Part shown: piece by piece, positions 51,467-63,180 of the stretch | Numbering within the stretch: position 1 is the first letter of the stretch | How the letters are laid out: each line of letters starts with the position of its first letter | Source of the DNA: Octopus sinensis | Lineage: Eukaryota | Assembly (NCBI RefSeq): GCF_006345805.1 | Contig: NC_043001.1 | Coordinates: forward strand, 114,018,001 to 114,082,000 | DNA length: 64,000 nt | Reading direction: 5' to 3' | Translations under genes and position numbers: made by a program | The notes under the pieces: generated by a model | Seen by the model: only the letters and a program-made list of their open reading frames with translations | The model's database searches: none | What the model was told of the DNA's origin: nothing

Positions 51467-54099
51467 TGTGTGTGTGTATTGTGACTGAACAAAATTTATT
51501 AAAATACACGAATTCTTAGTGGTCATAGCTGATCAAAGATTGTCTCGTAAAAAGCCAACTACATTTCAGTGTTTATATGCTAATAATATAGTATTTGTTT
51601 AATGTAGTACTGAATGCCATACTTTCCATAGTTTTACTCAATGTTACATAATTCATTATTGATTGGTATCTATTTTGAACTCGTCTGTGTGGTTTACTAT
51701 CTACATACCTTTACAACAATATTTTCGATTCTTACAATCATGTGCATGGTCTCTTTATAAACTTTCTTACTACTGACTATTATATATATTCAATACATTG
51801 ACACACCGTTAATGGTATGAAAAGCTTTAGTCAACAGCTTTGTAACCCCGGCTTCGAAACCCAGCGGATATACGAAAAGATAATATTTGACTAAACATTA
51901 TTCAATATTGATATAGTTCTATGAAAATGCCCAGCGTAAAATTATATTATAATTCAAATTAGGGTAGATATGTAAACTCTTGATACTTATATTGTCATGT
52001 ATATTGTTATAATTGCAGTCACGATTTCAATTTCACAATGTACCTGGCTGATTATCAAACTAATGAAAACTTTTCACTACTTACGATGCTTTTGCTATAA
52101 GTGATCATGCGAATATTTGCGAATATGTAGGGTTCATTATGCATTTATGTTTACGTGTGTGGATATATGTATGTATGCCTTTGTTTGAGAGTTTGAGTGG
52201 TTGTATAATACTAAAATGAAAACAAATTCAATAGGTTATTGCTTTATGCCGCTGGAGACATTTCTGGTGTTCCCATTATGTATTATATGAAGGTATTCTT
52301 CAATTAAATAGGACAAAAGAACTTTTCAGGAAACTACCATGCATATATCTCTATACATTTCTTAAGCGCAATTGTTTACATAACATATCTGAGCTACCGT
52401 TACATAATTTAATGCCCATATCGATATATAATTTTGCAATATGATAGTTAATAATGCACCAATTACGCAGCATTTTCTTTCATATCGTTTATCTTTTATG
52501 TTTAAAGAAATTTTTAATTACGGACTGTTGCACTTAATAAACTCATCGATTATTATCTAATATGTTTTCTTCTAAGGGAATGTTATCAATCTCATACTTC
52601 GATATATTTCTTTGAAAAATCGATGCTTCGTTACTTTCAAAATAACGTCTCGTTGTTGTTCTGGCAATGTCAAATATTGTTCTATTCACGATGATCTTCC
52701 ACTTAACTCTTAAAAGCGATTATTATTTTAGAAATGCCTTCACATATGAATCTAAATTACTGAACCTGAACTTTATGTATCATTATTATGAAAAACTATT
52801 GTGTGACAGATACTGTTAAAAACATCTTTTATCATATCTCACTTCCGTCTTCAAAACATCACGTTTCCGCCCTTTTGTGTTGGTTTAGCTTTCAGACATT
52901 CAGCATCTGAATCTCTTTCCAAGTTTTAAAGAATCTAAAGAAGTAAATCGACACGAGCTCTGAGTGGTAAAGGCTTTATCAATGTTACTTAACACGTATT
53001 GACAATACAGTCATCCATGGTGGGATTTGAACTCAGACCATAAAAAGAGGAAACGCCGCAGTTTATTTTGACTGACATATTATCGATTAGGGCGACATCA
53101 GTCTACGCTTTAAAAACCAATTATTGATTTCTGTCATTGATATAAGGCAACTCATTTTCAGATGAATTATAGTCTATTAAATCTATCCAGATATCTGCCT
53201 TGTATTTTATGTGATCATCTGTGGAATATGTGAAGGGCATGTTCACCTCGGAGGGATTTGAACACAGATATGAACTTCTAATCAAATAACGCAAGGCTTT
53301 TGGGTCTATGCACTGAATGTGGTGCTAATGTACTGAAACTAACGTTTAGTGCCTTATGAACACGGTCAAGTCGTGAAAACAATACTACATCTAACTTATC
53401 CACCTGCGGTACTTTGTTCCTCTTCTTAACAGATGGAACTTGAAATCTTCCCGAACATATTATTAAGATGAATACTTGATAACTATTTCCTTTCACTATT
53501 CGTAAATAGCTAAGTGTCTTTAAAAAGGTCAATTTTACATCGAAAACATCAATATTTACTGCTTGCGTATGAAGTTAGACATCCCTCTCTGACATATCAT
53601 TTCCTTTTATACGTACAAGCTGATACTCTTATTGTAAACATTTGTTTTCAAACTCTATGACATTCCTGCTTTGCATTCCTGTTTCGATTTGTTCAAATTA
53701 AATTAAGAGAGTTCAAAATCAATACAATTTCAACCAGTAATACATCACTAGTGCAATTCAATCAACTGTATGAACTCACTTGTAGAAATGGGTTATATGA
53801 ATAAACGCGGAATCAATATTAATTTGTTAACGTCATCATATTTGGCAGCTTCACAGAACCATCACCGGTAATTTGGCAAAGACAGTACAGTCCAATTAAA
53901 ATAAGCCAATATATTTCTCACATAACATGGCAACCAACGGAAAGTAAGAAGTACATTTCCAGTGAGGTGAGACATTGGTTAAACTTTTTAAATTCAATTG
54001 AAACCAGGTCAGTTATAATTATGCAATTTATTACCTTCTGAAGCATCATCAGTTTTAAGGTACCCAAATGAATATTCGTTCCAAGCGTTGTAACTAATA

Positions 54100-54430
54100 C
54101 GAGGTGCTTTCAAGAAGTAACCGACTTCATTTTTCCCGCAATAATTAATGGGCAAAATCCTTTCAGTGGAAAGAGATACCATCATACCTGCACATGCATG
54201 AAAAATTTTGTGACGGTAGGCTGCGTCAGTTCCCGGCTGTTGCGCCCAGAATACAAATGGGCAGTGCACCCTCGTCGGATTTCGTTTTCCCGCAAGATGA
54301 CCGAACGCATCGAGTAGAAACCATAAACCAATGTCTCATCACCAGTGACGATGATCTTCTAGGTCGTGTTTTGCACAGTCTAGCATGTACTGAACGATTC
54401 CCATGCAGAGTTGCTTCCCCTGAAAACATA
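54100..54430. mobile_element. Mariner relic with internal inversion
   Basis: TA|CGAGGTGCTTTCAAGAAGTAACCG TIR-like start and ATG at 54297 (MTERIE*K) on the + strand, then a minus-strand transposase segment MGIVQYMLDCAKHD...IIVTGDETLVYGFY. Confidence 0.7.
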
Positions 54431-54579
54431 GACTAAAAGAAAAGATGGGACTCGATATGGTAGATTTACCGAAGTTGAAATTATTAAATACCCTGATTAT
54501 ATCTCTAACAAAGGTAAAAACTTTGTGGAATCAAATATGGGAACATACATACATACATACATACATACATACACATAAA

Positions 54580-54628
54580 CAAAGATTCCCTGTTGTTGAT
54601 GTTGAAATTCCAACGAAGGACCCTTGGA
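54580..54628 (+). mobile_element. 3' UTR fragment of family F LINE next to (CATA)n
   Basis: caaagattccctgttgttgatgttgaaattccaacgaaggacccttgga matches the reverse complement of 57078-57191. Confidence 0.75.
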
Positions 54629-55353
54629 GTATTCAAAGATATGAAAAACCAAACAAGTATTAAATTAGATATGAAAAATACACACAAAATAATTGTATAG
54701 TTAGTGGGCTATGGAGGCATTAAAAACGTTAAATGCGGTCATGAAAACGTCCTAAAATTTTACATACCAAATTGTCAAAACATAAAGAATGGAAATGAAA
54801 GGAAAAATAAAAGAAAAGAAACAGAAGGAATCCAAATTCACACACATCCGCTTACATACCACACATACAGAGACATAAGTATACACACACGCACATCCGC
54901 CCGCGCTCACACACACAATCTGTAAGCTTAGTTTCTTTTTTTACATCAAATGTACTCCTTGAACTTAAGTTGAAAAAGGCACCGTAATATTTGCTTATCT
55001 ATATTCATAATGTCGGTACCACAGCTTAAGAAACGATCGAGTTTTCATTTATTATTGCGTTCCGAAATTAATTTGAATCGATAAAATGCACACATATAAA
55101 AGTTTTCTCATAATTCCTATGAACTCCATTATTATGTTACAATATATATCAGAATAATTTAATGGATACTTATACTGTGACTGTGTGGGTTAATGTTGTA
55201 TTTAAGAATAATATGTATGTATAAATGCATGTATAAATATATTCATAGATACATATATGTATATATGTGTGTATGTATATATATATACACATATATAGAA
55301 TTATGCAATTTATTACCTTCTGAAGCATCATCAGTTTTAAGGTACCCAAATGA

Positions 55354-55555
55354 CGGAGTGTGTATCGTTGGCGACTTTTTTCTCCACCTTCCCTTTCTTG
55401 GATTCTTCATTATTCTCTACTTCAGACGAAGAGCTCCGCTCGAAACGTTAAATCCTCCTTCTTTCTTTCCTTTCCTGAGTTGTCCAATAACACTATACTT
55501 GTTCCACGTCCTCAAGTTGTTGTGTTTTCTGTTTGTTTATGATTGGATTAACTAT
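55354..55555 (+). mobile_element. Penelope-like pLTR fragment with mutated minimal hammerhead
   Basis: cAgacga-a-gagc-tcc-gctc-gaaa-cg-tt at 55423-55449 (U4 changed to A); followed by (TA)n. Confidence 0.6.
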
Positions 55556-55558
55556 ATA

Positions 55559-55596
<38 letters not shown>

Positions 55597-55739
55597 TATA
55601 TATATTATATATATATATATATAATAAGGGCACTTATTAGAAATAAACGCTAAATGGTTCTAAGAACTACATTATTTACCTCGTTAGCACAGGTTGAAAG
55701 CGAGTGAAGTGAACAAAGATGATTTTTTTAAAAAGGGGT

Positions 55740-55771
<32 letters not shown>

Positions 55772-55847
55772 TGTATGTGTGTATGCATGCATGTATGCAT
55801 GCATTTGTATGTTTGTTTGTATGTATGTATGTATATATATATAACGG

Positions 55848-56100
55848 GAAGCTTTATGAAAATAAACAAAAGACGAAGGCAGGTGGAATACAAACAAACA
55901 ATTGTATTAGTATGGCGCTCAGGAATAGAAATAAAACAAGTCTTTCCCGTTTCGAGTCTACGCTCTTCAACAGAAAGATACACAGAAAAGAAACACGGAG
56001 AGAAACAAGGAGAGAAAAAAATGCGTGCAGAAGCTAGCAAATCAATATGGCGATCATATAAATGTACTGGATTTGGTTAAAAAGAGACGATGAGCGATGG
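55848..56100 (-). mobile_element. Penelope-like pLTR fragment with mutated minimal hammerhead
   Basis: Minus strand tcttt-ctgttga-a-gagc-gtag-actc-gaaa-cg-gg-aaaga at 55978-55941; helix I pairs perfectly over 5 bp. Confidence 0.55.
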
Positions 56101-57077
56101 CTAGAAGTATATTGAGTTCTTCATAACCAGCTGATATAGCAAGCGGGGCCTCATATCAGTGAGCATTGATATCGGTGCGCATTGATGTCGTCGAGAGGTA
56201 GGCCCCGAAACGGCGCGCATTCTCTCCTGATGACCCCATACACTTGCTAGCTTCCGGTATACGGAGCTTTTAACTCGTAACACTTACATGTGCAAGTTGT
56301 TTGCAAGACATCAGTTGATATATAAAACAGTCGAAAATATACTGAAGGATAATTCCCTACATTCAAATACATGTTTAGATACATGTTTTTCAAGAAAATT
56401 TTTGACTCGAAAATGGAATTGATATCCTTTCTCAATAACTTTTAGAGAATATACTGTCTTTTATTATTGACCATATTCTCAAATTTTTCTCGCGACTTGA
56501 GTTTATGGCGAGTGCAATCTTCATGCAGGAATACACACTATTATACATACACACATACACGTGCGCACGCACACACACACATACACACACACACACACAC
56601 ACATGCACACACAGTAGAGCTCATTGGTACTGTAGTACTATGTTCATCGGTATAGTTGTTATAAATTTCAGTCATAATCATGTTAGCGAAATTCCACGTG
56701 ATGCAGGCTATATAATTCCGTCTGAATAATGGTACATTCGCAAGTAAAAGGTATTTCACTTATAACTAGAAAAATAAATGAGTTACTGATTGAGTGTGCA
56801 AGAGTCGGCATAAATGTATGAGAATATGTTCAAAAATAAATTTGAAACGGTCTTCTACACCTACACGTCTGATGTTGACGGCGCCATATTTGCATCTATA
56901 TATGTACGTATGTATGTATGTATGTATGTATGTATGTATGTATGTATGTATGTATGTATGTATGTATGTATGTATGTATGTATGTATATATGTATGTATG
57001 TATATATTTATATATATGTATGTCTGTATGCATGTATGTACGTGTGTATGTACATATACCTGCATATGCTTGTATGT

Positions 57078-57191
57078 TATGTCATTATTCAGTTTATCTC
57101 CAGATTTCTTGCCAATACAGAACAAACCGGTTTCAAACCTAGATCCAAGGATCCTTCATTGGAATTTCAACATGAACAACAGGGAATCTTT
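57078..57191 (-). mobile_element. Short 3' UTR copy of family F LINE flanked by CATA-type repeats
   Basis: Homologous to 57300-57400; (TATG)n on the right and TATG-rich sequence on the left. Confidence 0.8.
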
Positions 57192-57253
57192 GTATGTATG
57201 TATGTATGTATGTATGTTATGTATGTATGTATGTATGTATGTATGTATGTATG

Positions 57254-57832
57254 AATATTTGTCCGTCATTATTCTGTCTGTCTGTTATTATGCTTGTCTG
57301 TTTTATTTCAAGATTTCTTACCAATAAAGAAAAAGTCGGTCTCTGACCTAGATTCACGGCCCCTTCATAGGAATTTCAACAACATCAACAGGGTATTTTT
57401 AATATATGTATATGTGTATATTTGTATGTTTTGTTTTATATATGTATTCTCATACATATATTTGTATATCTAGACATGCTCTTATACAATTAAATGATAA
57501 ACTTTTGTTTACAGTTCTAGTGAATGATTAGATTTGTAGTCTTCGAAACAGCTTTCTCCTTTCTGATTTTGAGAAGCCTAATTTCTCAAGGTTGGTATTT
57601 AGGCAGTGTGTTCCGTATCCCAGGGCCGCAATAATTACAGGTACAAGCCGGAACGTGTTGTCTGGATAGATTAACTGCAGATTTCTTAATAGTTCAGCGA
57701 GGGTATTCTCTTTTTCACTGATCTTCAGTTTTATCTTAACATCCGCTGGGCAGCTAATTTCCTCAACTGTGCACAGATTCTCTTCTCTATCCCAAATCAT
57801 TATATCAGGTCTGTTGTGCTTACATTTCATTG
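57254..57832 (-). mobile_element. Family F RLE non-LTR retrotransposon, 5'-truncated (RLE domain plus 3' UTR), between (CATA)n tracts
   Basis: ORF 57528-57830 CKHNRPDIMIWD...CTVEEISCPAD..KISEKEN contains the RPD..E/D..KE PD-(D/E)xK RLE signature. Confidence 0.88.
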
Positions 57833-57888
57833 TATGTATGTATGTATGTGTGTATGTATGTATGTATGTATGTATGTATGTGTGTATG

Positions 57889-57922
<34 letters not shown>

Positions 57923-58058
57923 TGTATCTGTGTGTATGTATGTATGTATGTATGTATGTGTGTATGTATGTATGTATCTGTGTGTATGTATGTATGTATG
58001 TATGTATGTATGTATGTATGTATGTATGTATGTATGTATGTATGTATGTATGTATGTG
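57832..58058. repeat. (TATG)n microsatellite
   Basis: Directly visible. Confidence 0.95.
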
Positions 58059-59106
58059 GTTACCGATGATGCTGACTTGTTCTACATTTCGGATTATGGC
58101 TGCTGTTGCTTATTAAGTGGAATTGACTCAGTGCACAGCCTTTCCTCACTTTAAAAAAAAATCTTCTTGCACAGGCATTGCACGATAACAACATTGATTA
58201 AGCTTTGTGCAATGGCCATACTCGATAACGAGGGGGCAGCCACCATGTATGTATGTACATGTAAGTGAGTGAAAAAAAAATGCAAATCATATGAAAGAGA
58301 CTTTTTATATATCCTTATTCTAACTGAATATCTAAGTGGGTAAACAAGCTATGGAAGGGAAATAATAGTGGGTAAAACTGTGTATCATGTATGATAAAGA
58401 CAGATAGATGAAGCGGATAATGTATTCGGATAATAGTTAGATTAATTATAGTTAGATTAATTCAAAGGAACTGTCTACTTTCAAAATGTTTGTTCATACA
58501 TTCTTTTTGCTTCTCTTGTACATGTCAGCGGAGTTTGGCTTGTTTCCAACGCATATAACCAGTGAGGCTACTTTAACTAGTCTGATCAATTTTATAAATA
58601 TAAATAACATTTTGCAGACGAGATGCGTAGGAGGCAGTACTGGTATGTTTCCTGCAATATCAGATCTCATGACAAATATTCAAGGTATAGTACCAAATCA
58701 TTGCGGTATACATCGATAAGTTTTTGGCAGAAGGAATAATTCTTGGAAAATTGCAGACGACACTGCAGCAGACAGTCAAAGTGCAAAAAATAAAGTTACT
58801 TGTTAAATACTCAACCGTTAAATTCTAATATTTTTAGTTGCATGGTCATTTTTGGTTGGGAGCTCAGCCATGCCTATAAAAAAAATACTCTTGCATTCTC
58901 ATGTACGTCACCTGTCTCACGATACAATACTTTCTGCATATTGGAGTTTGCTTTATGAAGTAAAATTTGTGATTATTCATGAAAAAAATCATTCAGTAGG
59001 ACTAAATGCTGGCAAAAACGTTATCATACCTGACGAAATGCTTAGCGGCATTTTGCATGTCTTTATGTTCTCAGTTCAAGTTCCATCATGATCAACATTT
59101 GTTACA

Positions 59107-59543
59107 TAGGCGCTGGAGTGGCTGTGCATAGGCGCAGGAGTGCTGCGTGGTAAGTAGCTTGCTAACCAACCACATCGTTCCAGGTTCAGTCCCACTGCGT
59201 GACATCTTGGGCGAGTGTCTTCTTCTATAGCCTCGGGCCGACCAAAGCCTTGTGAGTGGATTTGGTAGACGGAAACTGAAAGAAGCCCGTCGTATATATG
59301 TATATATATGTGTATGTGTGTGTTTGTGTGTGTGTTTGTCCCCCTAGCATTGTTTGACAACCGATGCTGGTGTGTTTATGTCCCCGTTACTTAGCGGTTC
59401 GGTAAAAGAGGCCGATAGAATAAGTACTGGGCTTACAAAAGAATAAGTCCCGGGGTCGAGTTGCTCGACTAAAGGCAGTGCTCCAGCATGGCCGCAGTCA
59501 ACTGACTGAAACAGGTAAAAGAGTAAAAAGAGAGTAAAAGAGA
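59107..59543 (+). mobile_element. SINE family B, full length, with duplicated first ~22 nt
   Basis: ataggcgctggagtggctgtgc-ataggcgcaggagtgctgcg followed by the standard body. Confidence 0.92.
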
Positions 59544-60240
59544 TACGGTGGCATATATGCCTAACATTTTTACGTCTTTGAAATCAAAGCGCAAATGGAT
59601 ACAACTATATAAAACAATGTCTGTCTCAGATCCAAAACGTTATTTCGGATGACCAAAGGCTCAGCTAGTACATAGTCCTATACATATCAATAGAAGCCTT
59701 CGACGAAGATTTGCGAACATTTATGGTGACATAGGAATTAAATTTTATTTATATATGCTGACATAAGGATTACAATTTCCTAACATGCTTCAAATATTTG
59801 CTATCAATTGCATTCCATTGAACTGTATACTTTTGCAAAGGTATGGTTTGACCGAACAACCTCTCACAAAATCTTTCCATGAAGATAAAAACCACTTTCT
59901 ACTTTGAAGCTTTAGAAAAATTAACATAGCAGACGTGTATTTAAGAAATTAAGCATAATCGGATATATACCACCATATAACACGCTTTCAGAATTTGACA
60001 TATATTTGGACATACTCTCACAAACGCAAATGCATGTATAACTACGTATGTTTCATGATTGTACGCACATTTTACACACACGAATCCGTACGCACAAACA
60101 TACTCGCACGCAAACACACACAAATATGCATAATCGTATATGTATATATATATGGGTGTGTACATACATACATACATACATACATACATACATACATAAA
60201 TATATACATATTATATATATATATATATATATCGATAAGT

Positions 60241-60470
60241 GGAGGCGCAATGGCCTAGTGGTTAGGGCAGCGGACTTGCGGTCGGAGGATCGCGGTTTCG
60301 ATTCCCAGACCGGGCGTTGTGTGTGTTTATTGAGCGAAAAAAACACCTAAAAGCTCCACGAGGCTCCGGCAGGAGGTGGTGATCCCTGCTGTACTCTTTC
60401 ACCACTCTAAAGGCGGTGCTCCAGCATGGCCGCAGTCAAATGACTGAAACAAGTACAAAAAAAAAAAAAA
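60241..60470 (+). mobile_element. Chimeric SINE: family C head fused to family B tail, ending in poly(A)
   Basis: Family C sequence to ...ctctttcaccact, then ctaaaggcggtgctccagcatggccgcagtcaaatgactgaaacaagta (family B tail). Confidence 0.8.
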
Positions 60471-60899
60471 ATATATAACAATAAGGGTTTTTGCAACAAG
60501 TTGCTTGACCACATACCGAAAATTTTAGAAATAGCAGCCAAATGACTACTATTTCCCTTTTCTACAAAAATATGTCTCCACAGACAACAATATTTGTAAC
60601 TCACATATGGCAAAAAAATAATGAAATCAAAGTCTTCGGTTAATTATGGACGTACGTTTCTGGATAAGAATTATAAGACTCATTTCCTTTATCAACATAA
60701 TATCCCGATAAATCTAGAAATGCTAGGAAAACCTACCTCCTATATTACCTGTAATGATTATTTTACTCTCTATATCTGTAATTTTACCCCCCCCCCTCTC
60801 TCTCTCTGTATATATATAAGGGGTAGAGTGTTTTAGAAATTTCGCTACAAGTGGCCTAGCATGTATAAAAAGTCAACAGACAACATGATCTCAATATAA

Positions 60900-61250
60900 A
60901 ATAGTGTACATTTAAACACAAGACAAGCGACCTTCAACAGGCAGCTTTACACGCTAGAAAAAGCAGTCAAAACAACCAAAACCACACTTAAATTTCGAGA
61001 AATTTCGAAGAGAATGAAAAATAAAAACTTGTACCTTATTTTTTTACAATCATTCCTAGATTTCGAATTCTATTTGGTAAATATAATTCAAAATCTAGGT
61101 ATGACTGTAAAAAAAAAAGTAACAAGGTAAAAGTTTTACTTTTTTATTTCACTTCGAAATTGCTCTTAAATGTGGTTTTGGTCGTTTTGACTGCTTCTAG
61201 CGTGTAAAGCTGCGTGTTAAAGGTCGCTTATCTTGTGTTTGAATGTACAC

Positions 61251-61254
<4 letters not shown>
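60900..61254. mobile_element. Foldback/MITE-like hairpin element, about 170-bp arms, ~15-nt loop, TA-flanked
   Basis: aatagtgtacatttaaacacaagacaagcgacc... versus ...ggtcgcttatcttgtgtttgaatgtacactatt; roughly 85% complementary. Confidence 0.85.
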
Positions 61255-61322
<68 letters not shown>

Positions 61323-61323
61323 T

Positions 61324-61440
<117 letters not shown>

Positions 61441-61589
61441 AAAGATAAATGCGATACAATAAAATTAATTATAATCGCCGGTGTACCAGTACATATATAT
61501 ATATATATATATAAATCCATTGGAGATAGCATGTAACTTGTATTTATCAGAAGCAAACGCGTAAGATCCTGTTAATGTTGGACACACAA

Positions 61590-61754
61590 TCACTAGTAAC
61601 TACCCTAGTACTTAGGTGGTATTTAACTTATCGACCCCTAAGGGATGATAAGCAAAGTCCACCTCGGTGGAATGTGAACTCAGAATGTAGTGATGGGCGA
61701 AATACCGCAAAGCATTTCGCCCAGTTTGCTAAGGACTCTGTCACCTTGCTGCCT
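61590..61754 (-). mobile_element. Old family A SINE next to (AAT)n(GAT)n
   Basis: cttatcgacccctaagggatgataagcaaagtccacctcggtggaatgtgaactcag. Confidence 0.8.
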
Positions 61755-61794
61755 TAATAATAATAATAGTAATAATAATAATAATAATAATAAC

Positions 61795-61856
<62 letters not shown>

Positions 61857-62450
61857 TGATGATGATGATTTTGATGATGATGATGATGATGATGTTGTTG
61901 ATGAAAATTGGTAAATGAGTAACAAATCTTAAATCAAACGAGCAAATAAAGAAACAAAATGCATCCAGTTAGTGTTCTAGAATACACACAAACAGACGAC
62001 AAAAAGATCATCAACAATTTTCAGAACTTTGTACTTGAATATTTCTCGTTTGCTTCGTATATAATCTAAGATTATCCCTTTTCTTATTTCATAACGAGTA
62101 GATTGTTAGCCTAAAGGTTGTATTGAATTAGACGAGAATTATATGGAAAAGAAAATGAAAACTCAGTAAATATAATGTATTAGAAATGGTGTTTACATTA
62201 TTACACATCTCCAGAAATATATAAGGAAGAGAGCAGGTGATGGAGGAGGAGGAGATTCAAAAAACACCGGCCTCAAAGAAAAATTATATGAAAATATAAA
62301 CCAAAGAAAGTTTGGCAAAGATGCTAAGTTTCATATTCCATTACTATTTTGGAAAATTTAATATGGAGCAGCAACATGAATACACACATATGCATACAGA
62401 TATGCATGTGTATATGTATGTTAGTATATGTGTGTATATATAAGTATATG

Positions 62451-62484
<34 letters not shown>

Positions 62485-62527
62485 CGTATATATATATATA
62501 TATGTATACACACACATATATATGCCA

Positions 62528-62621
62528 CGGGCATATGATGTAGTGGTTAAGAGCGCGAGCTACTAAACCCAAGATACCGAGTTCAATTCCAAGCAGTGAC
62601 CTAAATAATAACAATAATTGA

Positions 62622-62671
<50 letters not shown>

Positions 62672-62852
62672 CGTCGAAAAATACATTAGGAATAAGAACA
62701 CAGGTTCGAAATTTCCCCAAGACACCTGAAGAAGGCTGGAGAGTATATCAGCCGAAACGTTGTGTTAACAACAAAGAAGATGGGGACAAATATCATTAAA
62801 TGTAAATAGTGTAAATAAAGCACATAATTCCTCATCTCTTAAATATAGAACT
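62528..62852 (+). mobile_element. tRNA-headed SINE-like element with (AAT)n linker and hammerhead-bearing Penelope-type tail
   Basis: A box TGATGTAGTGG 62536-62546; B box GAGTTCAATTCC 62579-62590; (AAT)n about 62603-62668; HHR 62721-62766; 9-bp tail stem 62778-62786/62829-62837. Confidence 0.7.
62721..62766 (+). ncRNA. Minimal type I hammerhead ribozyme, core intact
   Basis: Helix I (g)acac/gtgt(t); CTGAAGA 62726-62732; extra A at 62733; helix II ggctg/cagcc; GAAA 62754-62757; palindromic ACGT helix III; GTT triplet ending at 62761. Confidence 0.78.
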
Positions 62853-62853
62853 C

Positions 62854-62891
<38 letters not shown>

Positions 62892-62945
62892 TGTGTGTGT
62901 GGTGTGTGTGTGTGTGTGTGTGTATGTGTGTGTGTTTGTGTGTGT

Positions 62946-63180
62946 AGAGGTGCGTAGCTTAGTAGATAGCGTGTTGGACTCCATGATTAAGACTAATTTC
63001 GATTCCTGGACCGGCCGATGAGTTGTGTTCTTGAAAAAAACCTTCCATTTAACGTTGGTCTAATACACTCATATCGTAAAAATGATTAATGCTGCGACGG
63101 ACCGGTGTCCTCCAGGAAGTGGAGGGGAATGTAGGTGTCACGGATAGCGGGAAACCGGCCCTATGAGTCTATATGAGTCA
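62946..63180 (+). mobile_element. Old tRNA-derived SINE (family D/CORE-like), diverged
   Basis: gcgtagcttagtagatagcgtg...ttcgattcctggaccggccgatgagttgtgttcttg. Confidence 0.55.

Noticed and set aside
56195-56245. GAAA...CTGATGA order suggesting a type II hammerhead
   Set aside because: The would-be helix II strands are cccc and cccc and cannot pair.
58529-58642. Plus-strand 114-nt symmetric exon candidate with good acceptor and GTATGT donor
   Set aside because: AT-rich interior, no recognisable protein similarity and no partner exons; indistinguishable from chance.
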